Assembly: GCA_038087875.1 (NCBI GenBank)
Contig: CM075988.1
Span: 62,001-126,000 of the forward strand
Origin: Malacoraja senta
Lineage: Eukaryota
Reading direction: 5' to 3'
Length of the DNA stretch: 64,000 nt
In this document: piece by piece, positions 1 to 11,080 of the stretch
Layout of the letters: the number at the start of each line of letters is the position of its first letter
Position numbering within the stretch: position 1 is the stretch's first letter
Notes under the pieces: model-generated
Seen by the model: only the letters and a program-made list of their open reading frames with translations
Databases searched by the model: none
Told to the model about the DNA's origin: nothing
Program-made: the position numbers and the translations under genes

Positions 1-183
1 CGACTAACATGTCTCAGCTACACTAGTCATCGAATGATACAGTGCAGAAATAGGCCCTTCAGCCCAACTTGCCCACACTGGCCCATCTACACTAGTGATA
101 GAGTGATACAGTGTGGAAACAGGCTCTTCAGCCCAACTTGCCCAGCGACACTAGTCATAGAGTGATACAGTGTGGAAACGGCC
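1..183 (-). repeat. Tandem degenerate copies of a CR1-B LINE 3' tail
   Basis: Three recurrences of gtcatagagtgatacagtgtggaaacaggcc..., the reverse complement of the CR1-B tail at 3108-3198. Confidence 0.75.
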
Positions 184-330
184 TGGGGTGGAAGATTGCA
201 ACCTTCACGTGGTCCGCCCTGTTTCGACGAATGCAATCAACCTGGTGTGCACAATCAAATAAGATCAAATAGAACAAGTTGTCCTACAACTTTAGGCTGT
301 GCACGCCATACGCAAGAAGAAGAAGAAGAA
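184..330 (+). mobile_element. Short retroposed insert ending in (GAA)n, unclassified
   Basis: Unrelated sequence ending gaagaagaagaagaa interrupts a CR1-B tail, with a degenerate gaaac(a)gg(g)cc duplication on both sides. Confidence 0.45.
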
Positions 331-662
331 ACAGGGCCTACGGCCCAACTTGCCCACACCGACTAACAATGTCCCATCTACACTAGTCCCACCTGCCCAT
401 GTTTGGTACATTTCCCTCCAAACATGTCCTATCCATGTACCTGTCTAACTGTTCCTTAAACGTTGGGATAGTCCCAGCCTCAACTACCTCCTCTGGCAGC
501 TCGTTCCATACACCCACCATCTGTCTGAAAAAGTTACCCCTCTGATTCCTTGAATCTTTTCCCCTTCAACTTGAACCTATGTCCTCTGGTCCTCGATTCC
601 CCTACTCTGGGCAAGAGACTCTGTGCATCTACCCGATCTATTCCTCTCATGATTTTATACAC
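331..662 (-). mobile_element. CR1 LINE 3' fragment (subfamily B)
   Basis: The minus strand matches the CR1 ORF2 C-terminus (RVDAQSLLPRVGESRTRGHRFK) and 3' UTR seen at 57340-57825. Confidence 0.85.
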
Positions 663-711
663 CTCATCCGCCTTTTCATCCTACACTCCAAAGACGTACA
701 AGTTTGTAGGT

Positions 712-881
712 TTAAGTTTAAGGGGGACAGATTTAATAGGAATCTGAGGGGTAACTTTTTCACACAGAGGGTGGTGGGTGTATGGAACGAGCTGCCAGAG
801 GAGATAGTTGGGACTATCCCAACATTTAAGAAACAGTTAGACAGGTACATGGACAGGACAGGTTTAGAGGGATATGGACCA
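712..881 (+). mobile_element. CR1 LINE 3' fragment (subfamily B), inverted relative to 331-662
   Basis: Encodes FNRNLRGNFFTQRVVGVWNELP, a CR1 ORF2 C-terminal motif. Confidence 0.85.
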
Positions 882-1310
882 AGTCAAGAGTGTTTTATTG
901 TCATATGTCCCGGATGGGACAATGAAATTCTTACTTGCTGCAGCACAACAGAATTTGTGAATATGTAAACATAGTGCATAAAGGGGGAAGAGAAAAAAAA
1001 AGTTCAATAAATAGCAAATATTAGACTAAGTGGGACCATTGGGTCCCAGCATCACACGGGAGGGCTGGTCCCCCAAAGCAATATTCCACCTATCCACCAA
1101 TTCCAATATTGGTGGCCAGTGGTGGGGGGGGCTTTCAGGAGCGCTAGTATGGGTGTTGTGGGCTGAAGGGACTGGTTTCCAGAGGGCTAGTATGGACATT
1201 GTGGGCCAAATGGATTCTTGGGCTGGTGGCTCAGTCACTCAAGCCTGATGTGCTGGCAGCTCAGTCACTCAAGGCTGGTGGGCTGGCAGTTGACTCACGG
1301 CTATTCCTTG

Positions 1311-1440
1311 AAATTCCATTTCAAGCAGGGTGCAAGGCCACCAAATTCAAATAGCAGTTTCTTACCACTTCAAGCAGGGTGCAAGGCCACCAAATTCAAG
1401 TGCAGTTTCATACCATTTCCAGCAGGGTGCAAGGCCACTA
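1311..1440. repeat. ~49-bp minisatellite (about 3 units) inside the Helitron
   Basis: Repeated ccatttcaagcagggtgcaaggccaccaaattcaa unit. Confidence 0.85.
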
Positions 1441-1726
1441 AAGACAGTGAGTCATGACCTCTCCCTCCTCCATCTTGCAGAGACTGAGCCACGCCCACAC
1501 GTCTGGGTTTTATAGCCCCTCCCCTCCCACCAGAAGGGGCGTGGCCTTCATGGCGTGATTGACAGTAGAGAGAATCTCAACATTTTTTAAACACGAATAA
1601 CTCTTTTATTTTTCATCAATGGGAAAAATCCTCGGCACCTGATGGGTGGAGGGGACTCTGAGTAAGATGGCCAAAAATCACAGCGCAAACAGGAAGTGGT
1701 CAAGATTAGACTTTTAATTATCTAGA

Positions 1727-1806
1727 AGGCAAGGCAACTTTAATTAGGCAAGGCAACTTTAATTGGGCAAGGCAACTTTAATTAGGCAAGGCAGCTTTAA
1801 TTAGGC
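1727..1806. repeat. 19-bp minisatellite (about 4 units) inside the Helitron
   Basis: aggcaaggcaactttaatt in tandem. Confidence 0.9.
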
Positions 1807-2650
1807 AACACAGCTTTAGCATTTCCAAACCAAGGGCAACACAGCTTTAGCATTTCCAAACAATATTTTCAAACCACATTAAGGGCACTGACAGGTCAGT
1901 AAAACACACTCACAGTTTAGTAGACATGTGTTCAGTGTTATTCACAGAGACTGAGAGACGTGACCCTCTCGCTCCCCCATCTTGCAGAGACTGACTGAGG
2001 CACTCAACACTTCCGGGTTTAATAGTCCCTCCAGAAGGGGCGTGGCCTTCAGGAGAGAGAATCTCAACAATTGTTTAAACACTAATAACTCTTTTATTTT
2101 TCATCGATGGGAAAAATCCTCTTATCCTGTGCAGCGGAGGGGGACTATGAGTAAGATGGCCAAAAATCACAGCCATAAGTGGCAGCGTTTTTTCTAAAAT
2201 CAATATACAGAACAACAGGAAGTGGTCAAGATCAGACTTTTAGTAATATAGATAGTGCAATAATAATATAGTCTTTTGCATTTCAGAGCTCAGAGCTTAT
2301 TTGTTGTCATGTTTAATAGCCTGATGGGTGTAGGGAAGCTGTTTCTGAACCTGGACGTTACAGTTTTCAGGCTCCTGTACCTTCTTCCCGATGGCAGTGG
2401 TGAGATGAGTGTGTGGCCAGGATGGTGTGGGTCTCTGATGATGCTGGCTGCCTTTTTGAAGCAGCGACTATGATAGATCCCTTCGACGGTGGGGAGGTCA
2501 GAGCCGGTGATGGGCTGGGCAGTGGTCTCAACTTTTTGCCGTCTTTTCCGCTCCTGGACGTTCAAGTTGCCGAACCAGGCCACGATGCGACCAGTCAGCG
2601 TGCTCTCTACCGTGCACCTGTAGAAGTTCAGGAGAACAAGCGCAGGCATT

Positions 2651-3107
2651 GAAACATAGAAAATAGGTGCAGGAGGAGGCCATTCGCCCCTTCGAGCCAG
2701 CACCGCCATTCATTGTGATCATGGCTGATCGTCCCCAATCAATAACCCGTGCCTGCCTTCTCCCCATATCCCTTGACTCCACTAGCCCCTAGAGCTCTAT
2801 CTAACTCTCTCTTAAATCCATCCAGTGACTTGGCCTCCAATGCCCTCTGTGGCAGGGAATTCCAGAAATTCACAACTCTCTGGGTGAAAATGTTTTTTCT
2901 CACCTCAGTCTTAAATGACCTCCCCTTTATTCTAAGACTGTGGCCCCTGGTTCTGGACTCGCCCAACATTGGGAACATTTCTCCTGCATCTAGCTTGTCC
3001 AGTCCTTTTATAATGTTTCTATAAGATCCCCCTCATCCTTCTAAACTCCAGTGAATACAAGCCTAGTCTTTTCAATCTTTCTTCATATGACAGTCCCGCC
3101 ATCCCAG
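2651..3107 (-). mobile_element. CR1 LINE 3' fragment
   Basis: ORF 2739..2978(-) has MFPMLGESRTRGHSLRIKG...NFWNSLPQ, followed by the CR1 3' UTR hairpin and tttctatg tail. Confidence 0.92.
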
Positions 3108-3325
3108 GGAAGTGGGACTAATGTAGCTGGGACATGTTGGTCAGTGTGGGCAAGTTGGGCCAAAGGGCCTGTTTCCACACTGTATCACTCTATGACTATT
3201 TGACTTGGTATAATTATAAATTGTCACTAGTATGTGTAAGATAGTGTCAGTGTGTGGTGATGGCTGGTCGGTGCGGACTCGGTGGGCCGAAGGGCCTGTT
3301 TCCGTGCTGTATCTCTAAACTAAAC
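3108..3325 (+). mobile_element. CR1-B 3' tail (3108-3198) followed by a V-SINE 3' half (3200-3325)
   Basis: Both carry gggcc(g/a)aagggcctgtttcc..ctgtatc. The SINE ends in taaac repeats. Confidence 0.75.
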
Positions 3326-3399
3326 AACGGCCATTTCAAACACTTTAATTCCCCTTCCCATTCCCCTCTCTATCCTGGGCCTCCTCCAATAAGGTCAGG

Positions 3400-3665
3400 T
3401 TCATAAGAAATAAGAGTAGAATTAGGCCATTCGGCCCAACAAGTCTACTCTGCCATTCAATCATGGCTGATCTATCTCTCCCTCCTAACCCCCATTCTCC
3501 TGCCTTCTCCCCATAACCTCTGACACCCGTACTAATCAAGATGTCTATCTATCTCTGCCTTAAAAATATCCATTGACTTGGCCTCCACAGCCTTCTGTGG
3601 CAAATAATTCCACAGATTCACCACCCTCTGACTAAAGAAATTCCTCCTCATCTCCTTCCTAAAAG
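3400..3665 (-). mobile_element. CR1 LINE 3' fragment (subfamily C)
   Basis: Reverse complement of the CR1-C end seen at 34000-34340 (RRNFFSQRVVNLWNSLPQ...GYGEKAGEWG). Confidence 0.85.
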
Positions 3666-3945
3666 AGCAGCCTAACTCAGCGGGTCAATAGACAATAGGT
3701 GGAGGAGTAGGCCATTTGGCCCTTCAAGCCAGCACCACCACTCAATGTAATCATGGCTGATCATCCATCTCTGGAGAGAAGGAATGGGTGACCCTTCCTC
3801 AGACCAAGTATGCATTCAATCATTCAAGAGTGTTTTATTGTCATATGTCTGGGTTTTGGGAGGTCTACCATGGGCGGACCGACACAGTGAATGGTAGGGC
3901 TCTGGGGACTGTTGTAGAGCAGAAGGATTTAGATGTGCATGTACA

Positions 3946-4550
3946 TAGAATAGAATAGAATGCCTTTTATTGTCATTCAAACAGCTTGGTTTGAACGAAA
4001 TTGCATTTTCTACAGTCTTAGCATTACAAAAAATACCAAGACCCACACTTAACACAATTTACACAAACATCCATCACAGTGAATCTCCAACACCTCCTCA
4101 CTGTGATGGAAGGCAAAAGTCTTATCTCTTCCCTTTGTTCTTCTCCCGCGGTCCAGCAGTCCAACTGCAGCGTCGAGGCGAACTGGGGCTCCCGACGTTA
4201 AAGCCCCCGATGTTACTGTCCACCAGGCCTGCGGTCGGAGCCTCCGAAGCTCCAAAGTCGGGTCGCAGCCGCGCGCCACCACAGCTCTTCCCGCTCCGAA
4301 GTCGGCCAGCTCCAAGATGTCAGTTCCGCCGGCTCCACGATGTTAGGCCCAACGACACCGGAGACCCGACAGGGAAAAAGTCGGGTCCCCGTACAGGGAA
4401 GAGATGAAACGGTTCCCCCCCCCCACCCCCACCCCCACATATACACAGCTAAAAAATAATACAAACTAGAATCAAAAACATACATTTAACGAGACAAAAA
4501 TTAAAAAAAAAGACAGACGGACTGCAGTCGAGCCGCTGCCGTTAGGCATC
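3946..4550 (-). mobile_element. GC-rich non-coding retroposon (structured SINE-like family), copy 1
   Basis: Same architecture as the copies at 14845, 17180, 25086 and 54305: T-rich leader, G-run, hairpin A, GC core, hairpin B, then a Rex-type tail with a microsatellite. Confidence 0.75.
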
Positions 4551-4827
4551 GTCACACCACCACCTCCACCTAGTTCCTTGAAGGTGGTGAGGGGTAGATG
4601 GGGTGGGCAAAAGTTAGGCCAATGGGACTGTTTCCACTCTGCATGGCTCCATGAATCTGTGACTAAGTGTCTCCAATGAGGTAGATGGGAGGTCAAGACC
4701 GCTCTCTAGTTGGTGAGAGGATGGTTCAGCTGCCTGATGAACCTAAACTGAAACCTTGTGTGACCAATATGTCTTACAGCAGGTTGGCTGGATGGCAGAA
4801 GGTAACGAGTTGTGAGTCTGTGACTTG

Positions 4828-5340
4828 TGAGCCAGCACCGCCATTCAATGTGATCATGGCTGATCATCCCCAATCAGTACCCCGTTCCTGCCTTCTCCCC
4901 ATATCCCCTGACTCCGCTATTTTTAACAACCCGATCTAGCTCTCTCTTGAAAGCATCCAGAGAACCGGCCTCCACCGCCCTCTGAGGCAGAGAATTCCAC
5001 AGACTCACAACTCTCTGTGAGAAAAAGTGTTTCCTCGTCTCCGTTCTAGGCTCACCCCTTATTCTTAAACTGTGGCCCCTTACCACATTGAAACTTATCA
5101 AATAGTGAAAGGCCTGGACAAGAGTGGATGGGGAGAGGATGTTTCCACTAGTGGGAGAGTCTAGGACCAGAGGTCACAGCCTCAGAATTAAAAGACGTTC
5201 CTTTAGAAAGAAGACGAGGAGGAATTTGTTTAATCAGAGGCTGGTGAATCTCTGGAATTCTTTGCCTCAGAGGGCTGTGGAGGCCACAAGTCAGTGGACA
5301 TTTTTAAGACGGTGTGTGACAGATTTATGATTAGTACGGC
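4828..5340. mobile_element. Two CR1 3' fragments in opposite orientation (4828-5080 minus; 5100-5340 plus)
   Basis: ORFs 4874..5101(-) and 5124..5330(+) carry RGHSLRI...LWNSLPQRAVEA. Confidence 0.88.
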
Positions 5341-5400
5341 CTACATCTGCTCCTGGAACTTGAACTTAAGAACTTATCAGCCCAGGGCAGGACATCAGTT

Positions 5401-5680
5401 GGGGCAGCACAGCGGCAGTGACCCGGGTTCCATCCTGACAACGGGTGCTGTCTGTACGGAGTTTGTACGTTCTCCCCGTGACCTGCGTGGGTTTTCTCCG
5501 GGTGCTCCGGTTTAATTCCCACACCCTAAAGACGTGCAGGTTTGTAGGTTAATTGGCTTGGTATAGAAAAAAAATAAAATTGTCCCTAGTGTGTTTAGGA
5601 TAGTGCAAGTGTGCGGGGATCGCTGGTTGGCGCGGATTGACTGGGCCTGTTTTCGCGCTGTTTCTCTAAACTAAATAAAA
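5401..5680 (+). mobile_element. V-SINE (HE1-type)
   Basis: B-box-like ggttccatcc, V-domain ctgtacggagtttgtacgttctccccgtgacctgcgtggg, and a CR1-derived tail with taaac repeats. Confidence 0.85.
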
Positions 5681-6002
5681 TCTGTTTAACATTGGATCAG
5701 TGGAAGGGCTGGTCTGAGAATGACGGCGCCCTCTCAGGGCCGTGCTGGGACTGCATGTTGGAGTTTGTAGAACTCACCATCTCCCTCATTGGTGACCCTC
5801 GGACTATCCTTGATCGGACTTTCTGGCTTTACCTTGCACTAAACGTTATTCGCTTATTTACACTGTAAGTGTCTCGATTGTAATCAATTGTAATTCTTCT
5901 GCAGTTGTATAGGGCTCTGGTGAGACCACATCTGGAGTATTGTGTACAGTTTTGGTCTCCTAATTTGAGGAAGGACATCCTAGGGATCTGAGTCACGTGA
6001 CA

Positions 6003-6202
6003 NNNNNNNNNNNNNNNNNNNNNNNNNNNNNNNNNNNNNNNNNNNNNNNNNNNNNNNNNNNNNNNNNNNNNNNNNNNNNNNNNNNNNNNNNNNNNNNNNN
6101 NNNNNNNNNNNNNNNNNNNNNNNNNNNNNNNNNNNNNNNNNNNNNNNNNNNNNNNNNNNNNNNNNNNNNNNNNNNNNNNNNNNNNNNNNNNNNNNNNNNN
6201 NN
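6003..6202. other. Assembly gap (200 N)
   Basis: Run of 200 N. Confidence 1.
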
Positions 6203-7410
6203 ACCCTTCCTTTAACCTTCTATGATAGATAGAGCTTTTATAAATTGGGAAAGAGCAGGAATTAAAACGTTTGGAGATATGTATGATAATGGAAGTTTTT
6301 AACATTTCACCAATTACAACTTAAATACAACTTGAATAATAATCAATATTTTAAATATTTCCAACTACGTGACTATTTGAAAAAGTATACACGGGAATAT
6401 CAAAATATCTCTCCTGACTTATTAGATGGGATAATGAATATAAAAGCGGAATCAGCTAATTTAATATCATACCTATATAATTCCATTTTAAATATAGAAA
6501 TTCCATCATCGGACGGGATCAGAAGAGAATGGAACAGAATTGGCTATAAAAATCTCGAAAGAGAGTTGGGATAAAACATCTATTATATGTGCATAAATGT
6601 TCGATTAACGTAAGACATACTCTGATTCAATTTAACATTTTACATAGATTATATTATTCAAAAGCTAAATTAAGTAAATTTTACCCAAATACCTCTGCTA
6701 ACTGTGATAAATGCCTAGTCCAAGAATCAACTATAGCACATTCTTTTGTTTTCTGTATAAAAATTCTAAAATTTTGGAATGAAATTTTCACTAAATTATT
6801 TAAAATAAAACTGAAACCGAATGCAGAATTGATTATTTTTGGAACAATAGAAGCAAGTTTGGAGCTGACTTCGTTTCAAAGGAGTTTTCTTAGTTATGGC
6901 TTAATAACGGCAGAAAAATTAATACTGAAATTTTGGAAAAATGCTCCTACGCCAACAATAAAAATGTGGACTTCTAATATGTCGGAATTGTTACATCTAG
7001 AAGATATGAGATTCCTCCTAGCAGGTAAAACAAGACCAATTCCAAAAGATTTGGTCTCCATATATCGACTTATTACAAACATAGGGTGCAACAAAATGTT
7101 GATAATAAATGGTTTTAGGACCTGGCGAGGGGTGAGTAAAGATAAGAAGTAGGCACATCCCTTTCATATTGTCCTATCTTATTTTCTTTTTTCTCTTTTT
7201 TTCTTTTCTTCTTTAACTACTTCTTGTGGTTTAGGTTCAAATGTGTGTTCCTGGGCCACTTTTTCATTCACTCACTGACTGTCCTTGCTAGTTCTTTCTA
7301 TTCTTCTTTTCTATTAAAGTTGAAAAACAGAAGTGGTACAAGAACTGTATAAATTTACGTTATTGCAGATTACTGTAATGTAAAATACTTCTAAAAAAAT
7401 AAAAATATTT
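6203..7410 (+). mobile_element. L1 LINE 3' fragment (degenerate ORF2 C-terminus plus 3' UTR)
   Basis: ORFs 6332..6574 and 6589..7152 give FKYFQLRDY...LIQFNILHRLY...CDKC...TIAHSFVFC...FWNEI (fish-type L1 CCHC region), followed by a T-rich UTR and an A-rich end. Confidence 0.85.
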
Positions 7411-7643
7411 TTTTTTAAAAAGCTGCCAAGAGGTCTAAGACGAGACTCAAGCGCTGAGATTTTGTCTCGTCAGAGTTGACTATTTTTGGGGAAATCTGAC
7501 TGCCTATGTCAAACAAGAAGTCGCAAGCCTGGGGGTAAAAATTGATAATGATGATTTTAAATCTCACATAAATAAGGTAACAAAGTGCGATTTTTATCAC
7601 CTCAGAAATATTGCTAAAGTACGGCCTTTCTTAAACCAACATG

Positions 7644-7980
7644 CTAGAATTCGCTAGAATTTAGAAGATTGAGGGGGGATCTTGTAGAAACTTAAAAAAT
7701 TCTTAAGGGGTTGGACAGGCTAGATGCAGGAAGATTGTTCCCGATGTTGGGGAAGTCCAGGACAAGGGGTCACAGTTTAAGGATTAAGGGGAAATCCTTT
7801 AGGACCGAGATGAGAAAAACATTTTTCACACAGAGAGTGGTGAATCTCTGGAACTCTCTGCCACAGAAGGTAGTTGAGGCCAGTTCATTGGCTATATTTA
7901 AGAGGGAGTTAGATGTGGCCCTTGTTGCTAAAGGGATCAGGGGGTATGGAGAGAAGGCAGGTACAGGATACTGAGTTGGA
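7644..7980 (+). mobile_element. CR1 LINE 3' fragment
   Basis: ORF 7711..7974 has DAGRLFPMLGKSRTRGHSL. Confidence 0.92.
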
Positions 7981-7989
7981 TACATACAT

Positions 7990-8643
7990 ACATAGATACA
8001 TAGAAAATAGGTGCAGGAGTAGGCCATTCGGCCCTTCGAGCCTGCACCGCCATTCAATATGATCATGGCTGATCATCCAACTCAGTATCCCGTACCTGCC
8101 TTCTCTCCATACCCCCTGATCCCTTTAGCCACAAGGGCCACATCTAACTCCCTCTTAAATATAGGCAATGAACTGGCCTCAACTACCCTCTGTGGCAGAG
8201 AGTTCCAGAGATTCACCACTCTCTGTGTGAAAAAGTTTTTCCTCATCTCGGTCTTAAAGGATTTCCCCCTTATCCTTAAGCTGTGACCCCTTGTCCTGGA
8301 CTTCCCCAACATCGGGAACAATCTTCCTGCATCTAGCCTGTCCAACCCCATAAGAATTTTGTACGTTTCTATAAGATCCCCTCTCAATCTCCTAAATTCT
8401 AGCGAGTATAAGCCAAGTCTATCCAGTCTTTCTTCATATGAAAGTCCTGACATCCCAGGAATCAGTCTGGTGAACCTTCTCTGCACTCCCTCTATGGCTA
8501 TAATGTCCTTCCTCAGATTTGGAGACCAAAACTGTACGCAATACTCCAGGTGTGGTCTCACCAAGACCCTGTACAACTGCAGTAGAACCTCCCTGCTCCT
8601 ATACTCAAATCCTCTTGCTATGAAGGCCAACATACCATTCGCC
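7990..8643 (-). mobile_element. CR1 LINE 3' fragment, near-identical to the 3' part of 44070-46015
   Basis: ORF 8082..8651(-) has [21 protein letters not shown]...YKILMGLDRL. Confidence 0.95.
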
Positions 8644-8734
8644 ATGATCATATTGAATGGCTCGAAGGGCCGAATGGCCTACTCCTGCACCTATTTTCTA
8701 TGTTTCTATGTTTCTATGACTGTAAAAGTCTCAT

Positions 8735-9225
8735 AGGTAGACAAAAATGCTGGAGAAACTCAGCGGGTGAGGCAGCATCTATGGAGCGAGGAAATAGGCA
8801 ACGTATCGGGTCGAAACCCTTCTTCAGACTGATGTGAGGGTGGGGGGGGGGGGGCGCAGGAGGAAGAAAGGAAGAGGTGGAGCCGGAGGGCTGAGGGAGA
8901 GCTGGGAAGGGGAAGTGAAAGTAGGGACTACCTGAAATTGGAGGTCAATGTTCATACCGCTGGGGTGTAAACTATCCAAGCAAAATATGAGGTGCTGCTC
9001 CTCCAATTTACGGTGGGACTCACTCTGGCCATGGAGGAGGCCCAGGTCAGATTCGGAATGGGAGGGGGAGTTGGTGCTGAGGGTTGGTTATTGTGAACCG
9101 AGCGGAGGTGTTCGGTGAAGCGATCGCTAAGCCTATGCTTGGTCTCACCGATGTAGAGCAGCTGACACCTAGAGCAGCGGATGCAATAGATGACGTTGGA
9201 GGAGGTGCAGGTGAACCTCTGTCGC
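8735..9225 (-). mobile_element. Penelope-like element 3' fragment (GIY-YIG endonuclease plus tail)
   Basis: ORF 8952..9227(-) has RQRFTCTSSNVIYCIRCSRC.LLYIGETK.RL.DRF.EHLRSV, the PLE GIY-YIG signature. Confidence 0.9.
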
Positions 9226-9656
9226 ACTCATACATGCGTTCATATCAAGCAGACTTGATTACTGCAATGCCTTATTTACCGGTCAGCCTTCAAAATCCAC
9301 CAATAAGTTACAGCGCATTCAAAATGTCGCAGTCCGGATTGTAACAAATACCAAGACAAGGGAACATATCACCCCAGTATTATACTCCCTTCATTTGCTC
9401 CCTGTGAGATCCAGGATAGACTATAAGGTCCTCCTTCTTGTCTATGAAGCCCAAAATGGCTCAGGAGCAGCATATTTCACAGAGTCCCTCCTTCCCTACG
9501 CCCCTACTCGAGCACTCAGGTCTTCCGATGCCGGCCTGTTATGGGCCTGTCCTGCTTAGGCTATGTTTTCGGCGACTGTCACAGTCGTAGCAGGTCGCCG
9601 AAAAAACGGCGACTGGACCCCCCTACAACAATGTCTACAGCAACGACTACAACAAT

Positions 9657-10703
9657 TAGCAATGTTACAACATTTTGAGATTTTAAAAATCAAGTCTGTA
9701 ATTTATCCCATCAGATAAAGCATAAAAAGAAGTTTAATTTGACACCTAATTCACTTTCATATCTTCAGTATTAAAAAAGTTATGGCCATTTTCATACTCG
9801 GAAATTAGCATCTTGTTCCCTATTGCTTTTCCATTGACTTAACACAAAAGCTGTGATCGAGGACAGTCAAAAGCCCATAACTTTCTTAAAAATTAAGAAA
9901 ACTGAAAGAAATGTTCAGTTATTATAGATTGAAGCATTCTGAAACAAATATGAAACAATCTTACTTGGATGACCTGAAATTAAAGCATATATATATATAA
10001 GTTAGTTACCTAATTGTAGCTAATTACAAAATTCAATTACTAGATCTAAACATCTATCAATTTCTTAAGAATAGATTAACATTTTTTAATAGCCTAAGTG
10101 TCCAAATAACATTCACACAAGAATTCACAATATAACATAATTTTTAAATCTCATTGTCATGGATTTATAGGCCAAATGGAAGGAATTTAATGTTTAATAC
10201 CTGTAAATGAATGGCCATTTAAATCATCTTGCGAGTGGGATTTTCTGGAACGCGATCATTTGGAACGTTGATTTGGTGAATTTAAACCCGTATCGGCATG
10301 AAAAATACAGCCGGTTCGTTCGGGAAAAAAAATCACCGTTTCGCAACTTAAAATGTGAATTAAAGGCCTCTTAAGGAGCACTTTTATACATAAAATAAAC
10401 TGCTTTTCTTTACCTGTCCCGTGCGTGAAATCCGTCCCCGTTGTCGGCGTTGACGGCTTTAGAAGCTGATTTTAAAATAACTCCAGCTCTGAACTTGTCG
10501 ATCGAATAATTTAAAAAAAACACACAAAACGCCCGTAGGAACGATTCTTCAGCAAAAGCTTGCACTCCAATGAAATATAATTCAGGACAAGGTAGGAGAA
10601 ACCCGCGTTTTAACCCCGCCTCCCCCTCAAAGGCGCCAAAATCGCGCACGCGGCCAGTGGCAGAATTGCAGCGCCGCTGAAGGTAAGTATTGTAACATAC
10701 CTA
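9657..10703. mobile_element. Non-autonomous TIR DNA element, superfamily uncertain (hAT-like TAG termini)
   Basis: Imperfect 14-bp TIR TAGCAATGTTACAA / TTGTAACATACCTA, flanked by caacaat / caacaag. AT-rich, non-coding interior. Confidence 0.65.
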
Positions 10704-10721
10704 CAACAAGAATGTCTACTA

Positions 10722-11080
10722 GAACAAACATATAAAATTATAAAAGGACTGGACAAGCTAGATGCAGGAAAAATGTTCCCAATGTTGGGCGAGTCCAGAA
10801 CCAGGGGCCACAGTCTTAGAATAAAGGGGAGGTCATTTAAGACTGAGGTGAGAAAAAACGTTTTCACCCAGAGAGTTGTGAATTTGTGGAATTCCCTGCC
10901 AAGTCACTGGATGGATTTAAGAGAGAGTTAGATAGAGCTCTAGGGGCTAGTGGAGTCAAGGGATATGGGGAGAAGGCAGGCACGGGTTATTGATTGGGGA
11001 CGATCAGCCATGATCACAATGAATGGCGGTGCTGGCTCGAAGGGCCGAATGGCCTCCTCCTGCACCTATTTTCTATGTTT
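10722..11080 (+). mobile_element. CR1 LINE 3' fragment nested in the MITE
   Basis: YKIIKGLDKLDAGKMFPMLGESRTRGHSL followed by the CR1 tail. Confidence 0.9.

Larger units (their letters stand above)
1021..2252 (-). mobile_element. Non-autonomous Helitron (composite, two 5' termini)
   Basis: The minus strand begins TCTATATTACTAAAAG (2252) and ends with a GGGACC...GGTCCC hairpin then CTAA (CTRR) at 1021. It sits between A and T with no TSD and has internal minisatellites. Confidence 0.88.
882..2640 (-). mobile_element. Rex1/Babar LINE 3' fragment (family A), split by a Helitron (pieces 882-1020 and 2253-2640)
   Basis: ORF 2290..2709(-) has NFYRCTVES...[24 protein letters not shown]...SRFRNSF. 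The tail at 882-970 matches the tails at ~11835 and ~61500. Confidence 0.85.

Noticed and set aside
5829..6305. ORFs spanning the N run
   Set aside because: Artefacts of the assembly gap; adjacency across the gap is unverified.
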